DNA of 64,000 nt from Escherichia coli (GCA_025336725.1 GCA_025336725.1_3647.1), one strand, 5' to 3'. Positions 18,131 to 28,081 are shown, numbered from the stretch's first letter. Numbers and translations: made by a program. Notes: a model not told the origin generated them from the sequence alone.

Positions 18131-18397
18131 ATGGTATTTATGGCAACAGAGGTAGTAATTAAAGCTGAACGCCCAGTTAAAAAAGCTATCAACACGTTCC
18201 CTGTAGGAACCATTGTGAGCATGATTACAGAGTCAGGCCGTGTATCTACACTGCTAATCGTGAAATCTGCATGCTCATCTTGTGTGTGGGCATACGATCT
18301 TGACGAGAAAGAACTGAAAGATTTTGTCGGGGAGCTGAAAGCAACAGAGCTTGACGCTCGTATCGAAGTATTTGGTGAAACTATGGAGGAAGAGTAA
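18131..18397 (+). CDS. small hypothetical protein, paralogue 1 of 3
   Basis: 88 aa; shares F-x-x-G-[ET]-[IV]-[VL] and downstream Cys pattern with the next two ORFs. Confidence 0.45.
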   Translation: MVFMATEVVIKAERPVKKAINTFPVGTIVSMITESGRVSTLLIVKSACSSCVWAYDLDEKELKDFVGELKATELDARIEVFGETMEEE

Positions 18398-18660
18398 TGA
18401 CTACAAAAATCACCATTGCAGAACCAAAAGCTAACACGCAACCTATCGAAAAGTTTAAATGCGGTGAGGTGGTAACATTCACACCAGATAATGAAGATGC
18501 CAAGATTTTTGCCATGGTCACAGCCGAGTGGATGTGTGACAATACCACACAGGTGCTGCGTTTTGACACCTATCTTACAGATGAAATCAGGAACGACAAG
18601 ATCGTGACTGGTGTGGATACTGAGATTATTTTCTACAAGAGCTTTTTAGAGGGTTTCTGA
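18397..18660 (+). CDS. small hypothetical protein, paralogue 2 of 3
   Basis: 87 aa; start overlaps upstream stop. Confidence 0.45.
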   Translation: MTTKITIAEPKANTQPIEKFKCGEVVTFTPDNEDAKIFAMVTAEWMCDNTTQVLRFDTYLTDEIRNDKIVTGVDTEIIFYKSFLEGF

Positions 18661-18661
18661 T

Positions 18662-18895
18662 ATGGCAAAAATTCGTAAATTATCCAGCAATCAGGTTGTG
18701 AAAGACTTTGAATCTGGGGAGATCTTGTATGTCCGTGATGCAGATGATGAATGTGAAGATCTTGTTATGCTGGTAGGGCACGCTGAAGACGGATGCATCC
18801 AGGCTGTTTTTCTTGAAACAGCGATGGTGCACTGGATAGAGCTGGACCTGAAAGCACGAAAACCTAAAGCAGAAATCATTATTTACGAAGATTAA
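18662..18895 (+). CDS. small hypothetical protein, paralogue 3 of 3
   Basis: 77 aa; FESGEILYV... pattern. Confidence 0.45.
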   Translation: MAKIRKLSSNQVVKDFESGEILYVRDADDECEDLVMLVGHAEDGCIQAVFLETAMVHWIELDLKARKPKAEIIIYED

Positions 18896-18911
18896 CAAGA
18901 AGGAGAGAGCC

Positions 18912-19361
18912 GTGTTGAGCAAACGTGAATGCGACAGCATTAGCCTGAATTCTTATAAGAAACAATGGTTTGGTGTAGAAGTTTGCCGACTACGGCTGGG
19001 CTCCTACTTGAACTTCGTCCATTATGAGAGCGACAGTCGTATCGTTTCTTATGAAGTGTTCTACACTAAGAATACATTCGAGCTGAGACGTAAGGTGGAT
19101 GGCGGGAGATCTACCGCCCAGAATAATTGGGAAACTATTCTGCCTCCAGATGTTATAGGAAGTCCCCTGAATGTATCTGAAGATGAAAATCTTATGGTTC
19201 ATGCTATGATGGGACTTGACAGCTTAGAGCTGGCGATCTATGATATGTCCATCGAAGCAGTTAAGTTGGACTACATCGAAAACACTTTAGAGGAAGGTAT
19301 CAAGAAGTTTCTCGGTGAGAAATTGAAAGCCCACTTTCATAAGGAGCTATATCTGTTATGA
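18912..19361 (+). CDS. hypothetical protein
   Basis: 149 aa ORF. Confidence 0.45.
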   Translation: MLSKRECDSISLNSYKKQWFGVEVCRLRLGSYLNFVHYESDSRIVSYEVFYTKNTFELRRKVDGGRSTAQNNWETILPPDVIGSPLNVSEDENLMVHAMMGLDSLELAIYDMSIEAVKLDYIENTLEEGIKKFLGEKLKAHFHKELYLL

Positions 19362-19603
19362 AGACCCGTAAAGAACGTAACAAGATTTTACCTGGCGCTC
19401 TCGAACACATGATGAAGTGCAGATCTATCTGGCACTCTGCCAAGGAGGGCCAGCATGTGGTCGTGGTTAGTGATAATGTCAACCCGTTCGGTGATTATGT
19501 CACCATGATGACTCCATACATCCGCGACGGTGTTGTGGAAGTGGTTCCTTATAACGGTCTGCATGAGAGGCATTTTGAGAGCACTTTGCTAGTGGAGCTA
19601 TAA
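19358..19603 (+). CDS. hypothetical protein
   Basis: 81 aa ORF, 4-nt overlap with upstream ORF. Confidence 0.45.
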   Translation: MKTRKERNKILPGALEHMMKCRSIWHSAKEGQHVVVVSDNVNPFGDYVTMMTPYIRDGVVEVVPYNGLHERHFESTLLVEL

Positions 19604-19605
19604 TT

Positions 19606-20088
19606 ATGGCGGTCAATGTGGCTTACAACACAGGAAAGCTTGACAGAGACATTGGGTGTCTTGTCCTTTCAGATACAGAGGAGTATTGGGGTTATGGGTT
19701 GCTGTCAGACCCACACCCGAGCAACCTTGTATCAACGGTGCTCTATCGCTACGACCCTGTACCAACGGTGCACGACAAAGATATTCACGACCTTCGGATC
19801 AAGTGTCTGGAAGATCTTCTGAACAATGGCTGCAACGATCTGCGGGTAGCCAAGGAGAAGCTTACAAACATTCACAAAGAGGAAGTGATGAGCACCCTCA
19901 GTAAGAGGTCAGTGCACAAAAAGATGATGTTAAACTTTGCGATGGGTATCTACATGGATGGGTATAAGGGAGGGGATCCGATCCTCAAGCTTCGCTGCCC
20001 AACACTGTGGGAAAGAGTGGTTGACAGTAAAGACAGTACTGCCCTGCTAGAGAACTCCACACTGCAGGTTGGATTTGGCGGTATGTAG
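19606..20088 (+). CDS. hypothetical protein
   Basis: 160 aa ORF. Confidence 0.45.
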   Translation: MAVNVAYNTGKLDRDIGCLVLSDTEEYWGYGLLSDPHPSNLVSTVLYRYDPVPTVHDKDIHDLRIKCLEDLLNNGCNDLRVAKEKLTNIHKEEVMSTLSKRSVHKKMMLNFAMGIYMDGYKGGDPILKLRCPTLWERVVDSKDSTALLENSTLQVGFGGM

Positions 20089-20230
20089 ACGGATACCCTC
20101 TGTGGGCATGTGGGCCTGGGGAATTTGTTGACAGACCTAGCGCGGTAGTGGATTTGCTATTGCAGTTTGAATAAAAGGTGAGTTATAAAGCATTCATACA
20201 CCTATCAACAATACAACAAGAGAGACTGAG

Positions 20231-20506
20231 ATGACGAAAGAAGAAGCTGACGTATTAGACTTTGCGCTGGAGGCTACGCAAGAGGCCCTGGTGTTAGCTT
20301 GGAAAATGAATCAGCGTGCTGCAGAATGCAACCGCCGAATCAATGAGATCCTGGGTATGTCTATGTATGATTTCACCATGCATGCCGGAGAGATCCCTGA
20401 ATTAACTGCTGAGATGAATGATCTTGACGATAAAATTAATATCATTCTGAAGACAGCAGAAACAACTCATCAAACCGCCCGTAAATTTATCAACGAGAAG
20501 GTGTGA
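20231..20506 (+). CDS. hypothetical protein
   Basis: 91 aa ORF after 140-nt intergenic region. Confidence 0.45.
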   Translation: MTKEEADVLDFALEATQEALVLAWKMNQRAAECNRRINEILGMSMYDFTMHAGEIPELTAEMNDLDDKINIILKTAETTHQTARKFINEKV

Positions 20507-20982
20507 ATATGGACTACAGCTACTGCGGGGAAGAAGTCCCTTTTAACTACAGCAATCTCACCACGAGCAATCCATATGAGACTCGCCACGGCACACACAT
20601 CATTGCCATTGACTTTGATGGAACATTTAATGCGAGTCCTTTCATCTTCTCCCGCCTGATTAAGGACTTGAAAAAGGAAGGGTGGACAGTATACCTTGTG
20701 ACTTCTCGGTTCATCACTCAAGACAACGTGGACATTGAGTATTGGCGTAAGGAGTTGGATGTAGGTGTGTTCTACACAGGCGGTGTACAAAAGGCAGCCT
20801 ACTTGGCACAGTTCGATATCTACCCTGACATCTGGGTGGATGATTCTCCGGCTTGCATTCCTGCTAAAAATCAGTTAGAGTTCGCAATGAAGGAGATTAA
20901 GTATAAGTCTGACGCAAAGCGTAATGGATGGCCTTTTATTATTGAAGATTACCCAGATCCTGAACCGGAGAAAGAGCCATGA
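20503..20982 (+). CDS. HAD-superfamily phosphatase-like protein (nucleotidase-like)
   Basis: 159 aa; HAD motif I IIAIDFDGT followed by ..VYLVTSR.. (motif II-like). Confidence 0.4.
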   Translation: MNMDYSYCGEEVPFNYSNLTTSNPYETRHGTHIIAIDFDGTFNASPFIFSRLIKDLKKEGWTVYLVTSRFITQDNVDIEYWRKELDVGVFYTGGVQKAAYLAQFDIYPDIWVDDSPACIPAKNQLEFAMKEIKYKSDAKRNGWPFIIEDYPDPEPEKEP

Positions 20983-21148
20983 AACGAAGGTATCATTACT
21001 TAATGTGGAAGTTATATCATGGTGCTGCTAAAGCCTATCTCACCACGCTTGGTAATGACAATCACTACATCATGTTACACCTCGCCGCCATTAAGCATCA
21101 CAACGAGTGGATTCATGCAATCGTGGCAGGTGATAAAGACTTTAAGTA
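20978..21148 (+). CDS. small hypothetical protein (56 aa), translationally coupled
   Basis: ATG overlaps upstream TGA stop (ATGA); below ORF-track size cutoff. Confidence 0.35.
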
Positions 21149-21199
21149 AAATATACCTCAAAAACGTATAGTGCAGCTTTCTAGACGGAGACTGATTAA

Positions 21200-21580
21200 A
21201 TGTGCAAGTGTAAATCCTATAATTGGAAAATTAAAGGTGCCAAGCGCCCAAATGTTATCGTCGATGTGCCTAAAAATCTTCGTGACGGCAAAAAACGTGT
21301 GTGCCTTGATAAGTGTATGGCTAAGCCTATCATGAGCTTGTGGGCAGCAGGTTTGAAAACGCTAAACTGCTGCTGTGGTCATAACAAAGATGTTCCAAGC
21401 ATCATTATCCCAGAAGATGCAGATCCTAAAGCTTATGCCAAAATACTGACCCGCTATCCCAGCACCTTCCTGATCGGAAAATGGTGTCACGATGAACTTC
21501 AATGGTGGATAGCCTATGGTAGTATAGGCACCACTTTTGGCTTCCCAGCTTTGTCAGAGCGGTATGTCAAGGTGTCATAA
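21200..21580 (+). CDS. hypothetical Cys-rich protein
   Basis: 126 aa ORF with GGAG RBS; multiple Cys clusters. Confidence 0.45.
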   Translation: MCKCKSYNWKIKGAKRPNVIVDVPKNLRDGKKRVCLDKCMAKPIMSLWAAGLKTLNCCCGHNKDVPSIIIPEDADPKAYAKILTRYPSTFLIGKWCHDELQWWIAYGSIGTTFGFPALSERYVKVS

Positions 21581-21589
21581 TAGAATTTA

Positions 21590-21607
21590 AGGCCTCAAAC
21601 GAGGCCT
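21590..21607 (+). other. stem-loop immediately after stop codon
   Basis: AGGCCTC-AAAC-GAGGCCT perfect 7-bp stem; no T-run, so terminator function uncertain. Confidence 0.3.
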
Positions 21608-21684
21608 GTGCCTTCATAAATTGCCCCACCCTGTGCGATTGCCTTTCTGAATAAAATACCCTCTCAGATCTCTTAAAATTAAGC

Positions 21685-21713
21685 TTGACACCGACACCTG
21701 ATTTGTATATGAT
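21685..21713 (+). promoter_or_regulatory. sigma70-like promoter
   Basis: TTGACA (21685-21690), 17-nt spacer, TATGAT (21708-21713), about 30 nt upstream of ORF 21744. Confidence 0.55.
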
Positions 21714-21743
21714 TCTCTCACCAACCAAACAGAGGGGACTGTC

Positions 21744-22151
21744 ATGGATAATCTTACAAGTGTGAACGTCGAAATTGTTAAACTAAAATTTTTGGGATTT
21801 CGAGACCCTGATTCTTTAACAGCTATACTAATGGATACCCACTTCACGCCAGGGGAAGAGTACACTGCCTTCCGTTATATTCACGGAGATCACGAATCGG
21901 CCTATAGTGTGAATACAAACCTCGGCGAGGGATATTTCATCAAAGATATCACAGATCACTTGTGGGGTATGTGGGAATTGGTGGAAGAAGAGAATAAATC
22001 CCTTCCCAAAGAGATTTGGGTGCACACCTTCCACACAGGTAAGTTCGGAGGTACGGAACATAAGTCTATCCACTATGAAGAAGAAAGTGCCATCAAACAA
22101 CAAGCTGTGCTTGGTGGATCTGTAGAAAAATTTGTTAAATGCGGGGACTGA
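21744..22151 (+). CDS. hypothetical protein
   Basis: 135 aa ORF downstream of strong promoter-like element. Confidence 0.5.
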   Translation: MDNLTSVNVEIVKLKFLGFRDPDSLTAILMDTHFTPGEEYTAFRYIHGDHESAYSVNTNLGEGYFIKDITDHLWGMWELVEEENKSLPKEIWVHTFHTGKFGGTEHKSIHYEEESAIKQQAVLGGSVEKFVKCGD

Positions 22152-22154
22152 GAA

Positions 22155-22355
22155 ATGGCTGATTTTTGTAAAGATTGCTCTGAAGAGTTGTTTGGCTTTG
22201 ACTGCAAAGATTTGGAAGGTCTGATCACTGAGGATCAGTGGAAGGAAGGCTATGCAGCACCTGTTATTTGTGAAGGTTGTGGCTATACCTATGTTGACCA
22301 TAAAGGTAAGCGCGTCAAGCCGTCTGAAGATGGGGCATGTTGGGAGTATTACTAA
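22155..22355 (+). CDS. small Cys-rich (zinc-ribbon-like) protein
   Basis: 66 aa; CKDC...C..C and EGYAAPVICEGCG motifs. Confidence 0.45.
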   Translation: MADFCKDCSEELFGFDCKDLEGLITEDQWKEGYAAPVICEGCGYTYVDHKGKRVKPSEDGACWEYY

Positions 22356-22363
22356 CTATAAAA

Positions 22364-22390
22364 GAAAGGGGGCATTTCTCCCTTTTTTAT
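22364..22390. terminator. bidirectional terminator at convergence of plus and minus operons
   Basis: GGGGG-CATTT-CTCCC hairpin with T-rich flank on the plus strand (TTTTTTAT) and on the minus strand (TTTCTTTT). Confidence 0.5.
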
Positions 22391-22395
22391 CTTTA

Positions 22396-23043
22396 CTACT
22401 TGTTAAAGAGAGAAAGTCGCGTAGGCTCCAGACGATACTGCTGGTCACCAGGGAACATAACACCTATAGAGGCTGTCCCTAGAATCCTACCTTCCTTTCC
22501 AGACTCCATTCTGAACCCTACCCATCCTGAACTCCTTGCAGCCTCGATGTTGTCGCTATACCCGAAAGTGGCAAGATCGTCAACACCAGCCCCAAACAGC
22601 AACTGAAGCTGACTTCTCGGAAGCCCTATAATTTCAGGAATATATGCACCAAAGTACACCATCTGCCCTACCTTAGGACCACTGCCGTACTCCATCGGCT
22701 TGCTTGTAGGAAAAGTCTTCATACCAGAAGTCCCTGCCGGATTAGGGTATGCCCCGTTTGTTGCTGTGCCTATCCACATTCTCCACTGAGGTGCCATCTG
22801 TCTGACAGTGAAAGATGTTGAAGACGTTTTGCGGCCTGCATCATCCGTAACTACAAACTTTATAGTGACATTACCAGGGGCTTTAAATGTTACCAATCCT
22901 GTGGTAGCATCCACTGTTGCAATGCTAGTATTACTACTTTCCCAAGTCTTTCTAATCCCTGGCACATTGGAAGGGGTAATAGAAGGTTCCTGCATCTGCA
23001 GTTTACCGCCCACAATCCCTATGCCGTTACCTGGATTATACAA
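22396..23043 (-). CDS. Ig-like (Big_2-type) domain protein; possibly C-terminal extension of upstream large protein
   Basis: ..WESSNTSIATVDATTGLVTFKAPGNVTIKFVV.. Big_2-like; ORF-track start is TTG, frame open from 14 nt below the upstream stop. Confidence 0.4.
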   Translation of the reverse strand: MYNPGNGIGIVGGKLQMQEPSITPSNVPGIRKTWESSNTSIATVDATTGLVTFKAPGNVTIKFVVTDDAGRKTSSTSFTVRQMAPQWRMWIGTATNGAYPNPAGTSGMKTFPTSKPMEYGSGPKVGQMVYFGAYIPEIIGLPRSQLQLLFGAGVDDLATFGYSDNIEAARSSGWVGFRMESGKEGRILGTASIGVMFPGDQQYRLEPTRLSLFNK

Positions 23044-23057
23044 CGCACCAACTTCAT

Positions 23058-26000
23058 CTACAATGTTACCTGCCTTGAGGTCAGCTTTAGAGAAGCTGGG
23101 GTGCCGTTATATGTGTGTGTCCCTGAGAAGGTTACATCTGCCTTGCCGTTGGAGATGCAAACCAAAGCATACTTCCTGTCAGGTAACTGTGCCCCAGTTT
23201 CTGGGTGAGTTTTACCCACCTGGAACACGCTCGGGTCAGTAGAGTCGTGGCTATCACTAACAGAGCTTGGACCCCCCATCAACTGTGACAAGCAATTCCT
23301 TACCCATGTCCAGTTATTGTCACTAGAGAAGTCTACAGTCAAATCAAACACAACCCACTCATTTGGCTTCCACACAGGTGTTGTGATCAACTTACCAACA
23401 CCCCCACCCTGAAGGGTAGGAGATTGTTCAGTGATCAAGGCAGAGTATGCCAGAGTTCCCAACTGCATAGTCTGGCTTGCTGTCCTCACTACCTTAGAAT
23501 CAGCATCTGTGAAGTTGTTGATGATCTGGAATGTGCCATAAGTGTTTTTACAGGTAATTCTGGCATTCAGTGTATCAATCTTTCTCACATCTGCCATGGC
23601 AGTGTTAGACACAGAGAAGTCAGAAGCTTTAGCTGAGTTTGCTGCAACAGCCGGATCAACGTTGAGGGTTGCGTTGAACTGGCAGGCAGGAGTAACCAGT
23701 AGCTTGTTATCACCTATTTGCTTCCATGAAACACTTTGAACAGGGAGATTCCATTTAATACCTGAGAAAACTTTAGCAACCCTTGGTCCCAAAGCTCCAG
23801 TTCTATTGTCTTTACAGCACATAGACATAGTGATCGTTGACGGAGTTGCTTGACCAAACAATTGCTGTGCTTTTGCAGAGGACATAGTGTAGAAATTGTC
23901 CTTAACAAACTCATCAGCCGCTAACGATCCGTCAGACCTCCACCATTGTACCTGGTACCCTGTCTTATCCCAGCCACCAACCTGCTTCAAGTCCTCCCAA
24001 GAGATTTCTAGATCCCCAGTGGTAGGATTGATTGCAGCAGTTCCTGGTGTACCGGATGACCACAATGGGATATCGAACCACGCAGGTTTAACAGATTGCA
24101 CTGCGTTAGGACCTATTGCAGCAGCAAGTTGCCGGCCCATCAATACGCGAGCATCTTTCACCAGACCCCACTCGATCATAGATCCAGAGTAACCTTCTTT
24201 CTTGTAGGCTGAGGATCCGTTCAGATGGATGAGTCTGCTGCAGTCGAAGCCATACGCCCCGCCACCGTTAGGGTCTGCAAAGTTAGTTATGATTCTATCC
24301 CTAATATTTTTCCATGCCCTACCTCCAATCTCGTAGCCATGATCATAGCATCTTTGCAACGTTGTCCAGCAAATGATTGCCATTCTTCTGCCGCCCGTGA
24401 ACCCGAAAGCGCCGTCATTCAGCTCTTTCCACAGGTAACAGTTGGTTGTCCACATAGCCCTGTGGATATTGAACCAGTTTATAGATTTAGCGGAGTTGTT
24501 CCACCGAGTTCCGGGTAATTCAGGCCACACTGCATTTACTAGCATGTCCTCTGTACCAGCATCTATCAGGAAGCCTCTTACCTTCTTGCCCATACCTGCC
24601 CTGTCTTTAGCAATCCAATTGCCAAACAGTCTCAGTTTTGGACCGTAGACAACATCTTCTGGATGCTCAAAAGAAACATACTTTAGATATACTGTAGGGT
24701 CACCATAGGTGCCATCACAAACAGCTTTGTGCATGTTCTCGCCAAGATCTAAACGAAGTCCTGTTACAACTTTAGACGTGTCGGTGAATTTGTCTGTTAA
24801 ATCAAATTCATACCACCACCATCCACCGCCAAGCATGAATTTCTTGCATCGCACAGTGTCTGTATCGGATATTCTCTTATCCCCAGCAAAAGGTGAATCA
24901 GCAAACTGATAGTGCAGAGCAGTCTCGAACAGATGTGTTGATGTGCCGTTTTCTGCAAGAACTTGCTTGCCTATTAAGTCACACTTAATGATCATCACAA
25001 CACGCTTGTACCCGTTTGTTACCGGAACTTGCATAGATATAGATGTTCCGTCCATGTTCGATCTTAGTACGGTCATGATGATATAGGGGTCAACAGCGTT
25101 GCCTAAAGTTTCAGGCCCTGGGATTATCTTGTACTTCTTGACCTGCCCCATAAATCTATCACTGGCGTAAGTTGCAGCCTCTAAGCAAGAGCCTCCACCA
25201 GGTAACTCACCAGGTCCCCAGAAAAATGCGCCATAACAGTTATAAAACCACTTGTTAGGGTCGTATTTGTTCTTGAAGGTCTGAACCTCGTTGGCCTGTT
25301 TTGTCAAGAAAACCTGCGTATCTGTGAAGATTGCAGGGTTTACTCTTGACTGTCGATTAGCATACCCGGTTTGGTTAAACCATTGATTGCAAGAGTAGTC
25401 CCTCATATAGTCATAATCAGAGTATTTGTTGTTTGCATCCTCGTTCCAACACATATTGAGGTTGGTGCCGCCCATGCACACAATATATTCTTCAACGTAT
25501 TTATCACTTCTGGTAGGAACACCTATGAACCATCTGTTAACAGGCTCATCCCAAGCGGTGCGCTCATCTTTAACGCAGATCGCAATCCAGTTATGTGTCC
25601 CTGTTTTCTTGCACACATCTCGCTTCATACCGTAGTAGAATTCTTTAGTATTTGGCTCAGGTGCGCTTATTAGGTAGCTCCACGCCTGGTCCGCATAGGT
25701 TCCATTGGTACGAGGGTCATGATCAAAAGCATACATGATGATCCTTTCCCCACCAAGATGTTCGCCAAGAGTAACTTTGATATTCACATCGCCGTAACCG
25801 TTGCGAACAACATCCATATTGTCAATAGAGATGCCTCTAGGGGTGTAGGCAATTTTCAGTGAGTTATCCTCACTAGTGCCACCAAGGGTGATCCCTATGT
25901 TGTTTGTTGTCCCGTCGGCATATCTTACTGTGGCTTCCCAGCGTATTCCGAAATATCCTACATCATGGCTGACAATTTTCAGTGTACGAGCACCAGAGTT

Positions 26001-26369
26001 AGGTTTTCCAGGATCAGGCCAAGGGTTTGGGTGTTCGTGAACAGTTAACGATGTCCCGTTTTGTTCATTGACCTGCAACATTTTACCACCTCTGCCGTTT
26101 GGGTTGAACTCCCATAAGGCCTGTGTCTGCACCAAGTTATCATAGGTATTTCGTCGCTGATTATAAATCTCTTGGGTAACATCATAAGTTACTGATCCAG
26201 CATCCATTCTATGGAGTCTGACCATATACGATGTATCCCCTTCTACTGCAGGCTGAGCCGCATTCAGTCCAAAGTATATAGTATCATTAACATGGAACTG
26301 TTTGTTTCTACCGACAGTATGCCATTTACCATCAGACTGGTAAGCCGGGACAATGGTGTTCCAGTTCAA
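23058..26369 (-). CDS. large tail fiber / tailspike-like protein with putative carbohydrate-active domain
   Basis: 1103 aa; ORF-track start is TTG without good RBS; frame open upstream into 3' end of ORF 26423..28033. Confidence 0.45.
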   Translation of the reverse strand: MNWNTIVPAYQSDGKWHTVGRNKQFHVNDTIYFGLNAAQPAVEGDTSYMVRLHRMDAGSVTYDVTQEIYNQRRNTYDNLVQTQALWEFNPNGRGGKMLQVNEQNGTSLTVHEHPNPWPDPGKPNSGARTLKIVSHDVGYFGIRWEATVRYADGTTNNIGITLGGTSEDNSLKIAYTPRGISIDNMDVVRNGYGDVNIKVTLGEHLGGERIIMYAFDHDPRTNGTYADQAWSYLISAPEPNTKEFYYGMKRDVCKKTGTHNWIAICVKDERTAWDEPVNRWFIGVPTRSDKYVEEYIVCMGGTNLNMCWNEDANNKYSDYDYMRDYSCNQWFNQTGYANRQSRVNPAIFTDTQVFLTKQANEVQTFKNKYDPNKWFYNCYGAFFWGPGELPGGGSCLEAATYASDRFMGQVKKYKIIPGPETLGNAVDPYIIMTVLRSNMDGTSISMQVPVTNGYKRVVMIIKCDLIGKQVLAENGTSTHLFETALHYQFADSPFAGDKRISDTDTVRCKKFMLGGGWWWYEFDLTDKFTDTSKVVTGLRLDLGENMHKAVCDGTYGDPTVYLKYVSFEHPEDVVYGPKLRLFGNWIAKDRAGMGKKVRGFLIDAGTEDMLVNAVWPELPGTRWNNSAKSINWFNIHRAMWTTNCYLWKELNDGAFGFTGGRRMAIICWTTLQRCYDHGYEIGGRAWKNIRDRIITNFADPNGGGAYGFDCSRLIHLNGSSAYKKEGYSGSMIEWGLVKDARVLMGRQLAAAIGPNAVQSVKPAWFDIPLWSSGTPGTAAINPTTGDLEISWEDLKQVGGWDKTGYQVQWWRSDGSLAADEFVKDNFYTMSSAKAQQLFGQATPSTITMSMCCKDNRTGALGPRVAKVFSGIKWNLPVQSVSWKQIGDNKLLVTPACQFNATLNVDPAVAANSAKASDFSVSNTAMADVRKIDTLNARITCKNTYGTFQIINNFTDADSKVVRTASQTMQLGTLAYSALITEQSPTLQGGGVGKLITTPVWKPNEWVVFDLTVDFSSDNNWTWVRNCLSQLMGGPSSVSDSHDSTDPSVFQVGKTHPETGAQLPDRKYALVCISNGKADVTFSGTHTYNGTPASLKLTSRQVTL

Positions 26370-26422
26370 AGTCCTTGTTGTATGAGTCCTGCCTGTGCCA
26401 TGTTTGTCATGATAGGTTATTT

Positions 26423-28033
26423 TTACGGATACAGCCCACGTCTGTTAACATTCCTGTTATACTGGGTGACAATAACTTCGTTGGCCCCTCCGTGGTTCCA
26501 GTTGGTAGAGAATTGGTAATTTGCATCTGTAACAACCGTGCCTGCAGCATTTACCAGTTCAATCTTGTCAATAATGAACGTAGCCCCCTCTGGCTGAGGC
26601 TTCAATTTCATCTTGACTGTGTCGCCAATGTAGATATTGCTAACGCTGCTAACACCGTTAACGTCGAAAATATCATCAACTCCCCAACTGTCTACTGGGA
26701 CATTTTTATACCAATTCTCAGGAACCTCTGTGAACCCTTGACTATTAAGTCTGCCGCCAAACAGGTTATTAGAACCTGCAAAACTTCCCCTTGGAATGCC
26801 TGACCACCAAAGTTTACCATTAACAACAGTAAAAGTCCCTAAGAAACCTTCTCTGTGAATGCCTTGGAAATAAACACTTTCTGTCCAGCTAACTGGGAGG
26901 CGTTGCTCAACGTATTTGGCTGTGGCAAGAGCTTGATAGTGGATAAAATTGGCCCTGGGGCTATTGTTTGCAGACTGTGCACCAATATCATTACATAAGT
27001 TGCGAGAGAATCCGCGATACTGCTTAGTACCATTATTGAAGAAAATGCCACTTGTTCCGTACCCACGAGCCATTATTACTTCATGGGTGTAGGTAATATT
27101 TAAGGAACGCCATGTATCATCTCCCCAGACATCTTGCCCGTAGAATACGTTAACAAGCTGCTGATCATTAGGCTTGTGCATCCTCTGCGTTGCAATTATC
27201 GCCCCGTTAGGACCACACATGAATCCTTTCCACTCCTCATCTGCAGGAATGCCTTTCAAATCGTTGCGAGTAATCTGAGCAGGGGGCCAAACAAGGTCGT
27301 TTCTACTGTTGTTTCTCAGAAAGTCGTATCCAGCAATCCAAAAACCTCTAGGCCCACCGAAAATAACAGAGTTGTCATGCACCTCGCAGTTGATACTTGG
27401 GTTTTTCCAAGGGCCTGTTTCAGGATTTTCTGATGTTTCACCAATCTTTACAGGAGTTGCATGCTGGTTCTTATCTACATGTAAAGATCCGTAGGTGTTG
27501 TTACCAGACCCATACAGGTTCAGTATGCCAGTACCTTCTGCCTCTGCAATAACCCAGACAGTGTTGTTAATACCTCCCATTACCTCAATAAGGCGCTCTG
27601 GGTGGGTGTCAAGGTGCAATCCTTTAACAATCTGTTCCGGAAGAGGTGTCCACTCGTTGACGCAAACATCGTTACCACCTGCCGCAGTGGATCCGATAAG
27701 ACCTGCAGTGCAGCCGATGTAGAAAAACTGGTTATCAAAAGTCCGGATCACAAACGCACGGTCTGCTCTCCACACATGATCAACATTCCAGGCTGTCTCG
27801 CTCGGGTAGTTTATAGGGCTACGATCCCCAGTGCGACACTCCCCGAACTTGTTATAGCCAGTAATATTAAGCTGACCATCGTCAAAAAGTATAGCTAAGC
27901 TATTTACATAAGCTACTGTAGTGCTTGTACCGTCACTGTTGTCTATTGGATATGACAGAACAGCAAGTTCCTTAACTCCACTCCTCTTATCGAGGAAATG
28001 ACGACCAAGTTTTAGCAAAGGGATTGGAAGCAT
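26423..28033 (-). CDS. tail fiber/tailspike-like protein, possibly N-terminal part of the 23058..26369 protein
   Basis: 536 aa; ATG with GGAGA RBS; Gly/Asn-rich beta-rich repeats. Confidence 0.45.
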   Translation of the reverse strand: MLPIPLLKLGRHFLDKRSGVKELAVLSYPIDNSDGTSTTVAYVNSLAILFDDGQLNITGYNKFGECRTGDRSPINYPSETAWNVDHVWRADRAFVIRTFDNQFFYIGCTAGLIGSTAAGGNDVCVNEWTPLPEQIVKGLHLDTHPERLIEVMGGINNTVWVIAEAEGTGILNLYGSGNNTYGSLHVDKNQHATPVKIGETSENPETGPWKNPSINCEVHDNSVIFGGPRGFWIAGYDFLRNNSRNDLVWPPAQITRNDLKGIPADEEWKGFMCGPNGAIIATQRMHKPNDQQLVNVFYGQDVWGDDTWRSLNITYTHEVIMARGYGTSGIFFNNGTKQYRGFSRNLCNDIGAQSANNSPRANFIHYQALATAKYVEQRLPVSWTESVYFQGIHREGFLGTFTVVNGKLWWSGIPRGSFAGSNNLFGGRLNSQGFTEVPENWYKNVPVDSWGVDDIFDVNGVSSVSNIYIGDTVKMKLKPQPEGATFIIDKIELVNAAGTVVTDANYQFSTNWNHGGANEVIVTQYNRNVNRRGLYP

Positions 28034-28047
28034 TGTGTTCTCCAGAT

Positions 28048-28072
28048 AAGAAAACCGCCCCGTCAGGAGCGG
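28048..28072 (-). terminator. rho-independent terminator
   Basis: Minus strand CCGCTCC-TGAC-GGGGCGG followed by TTTTCTT, downstream of ORF 28082..29827. Confidence 0.5.
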
Positions 28073-28081
28073 TCAGATATA

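Noticed and set aside
20128-20156. TTGACA hexamer at 20128-20133 as a promoter for the gene at 20231
   Set aside because: No acceptable -10 element at 17 +/- 1 nt (GATTTG). A weaker TTGCAG-18-TATAAA candidate at 20160-20189 was too poor to call.
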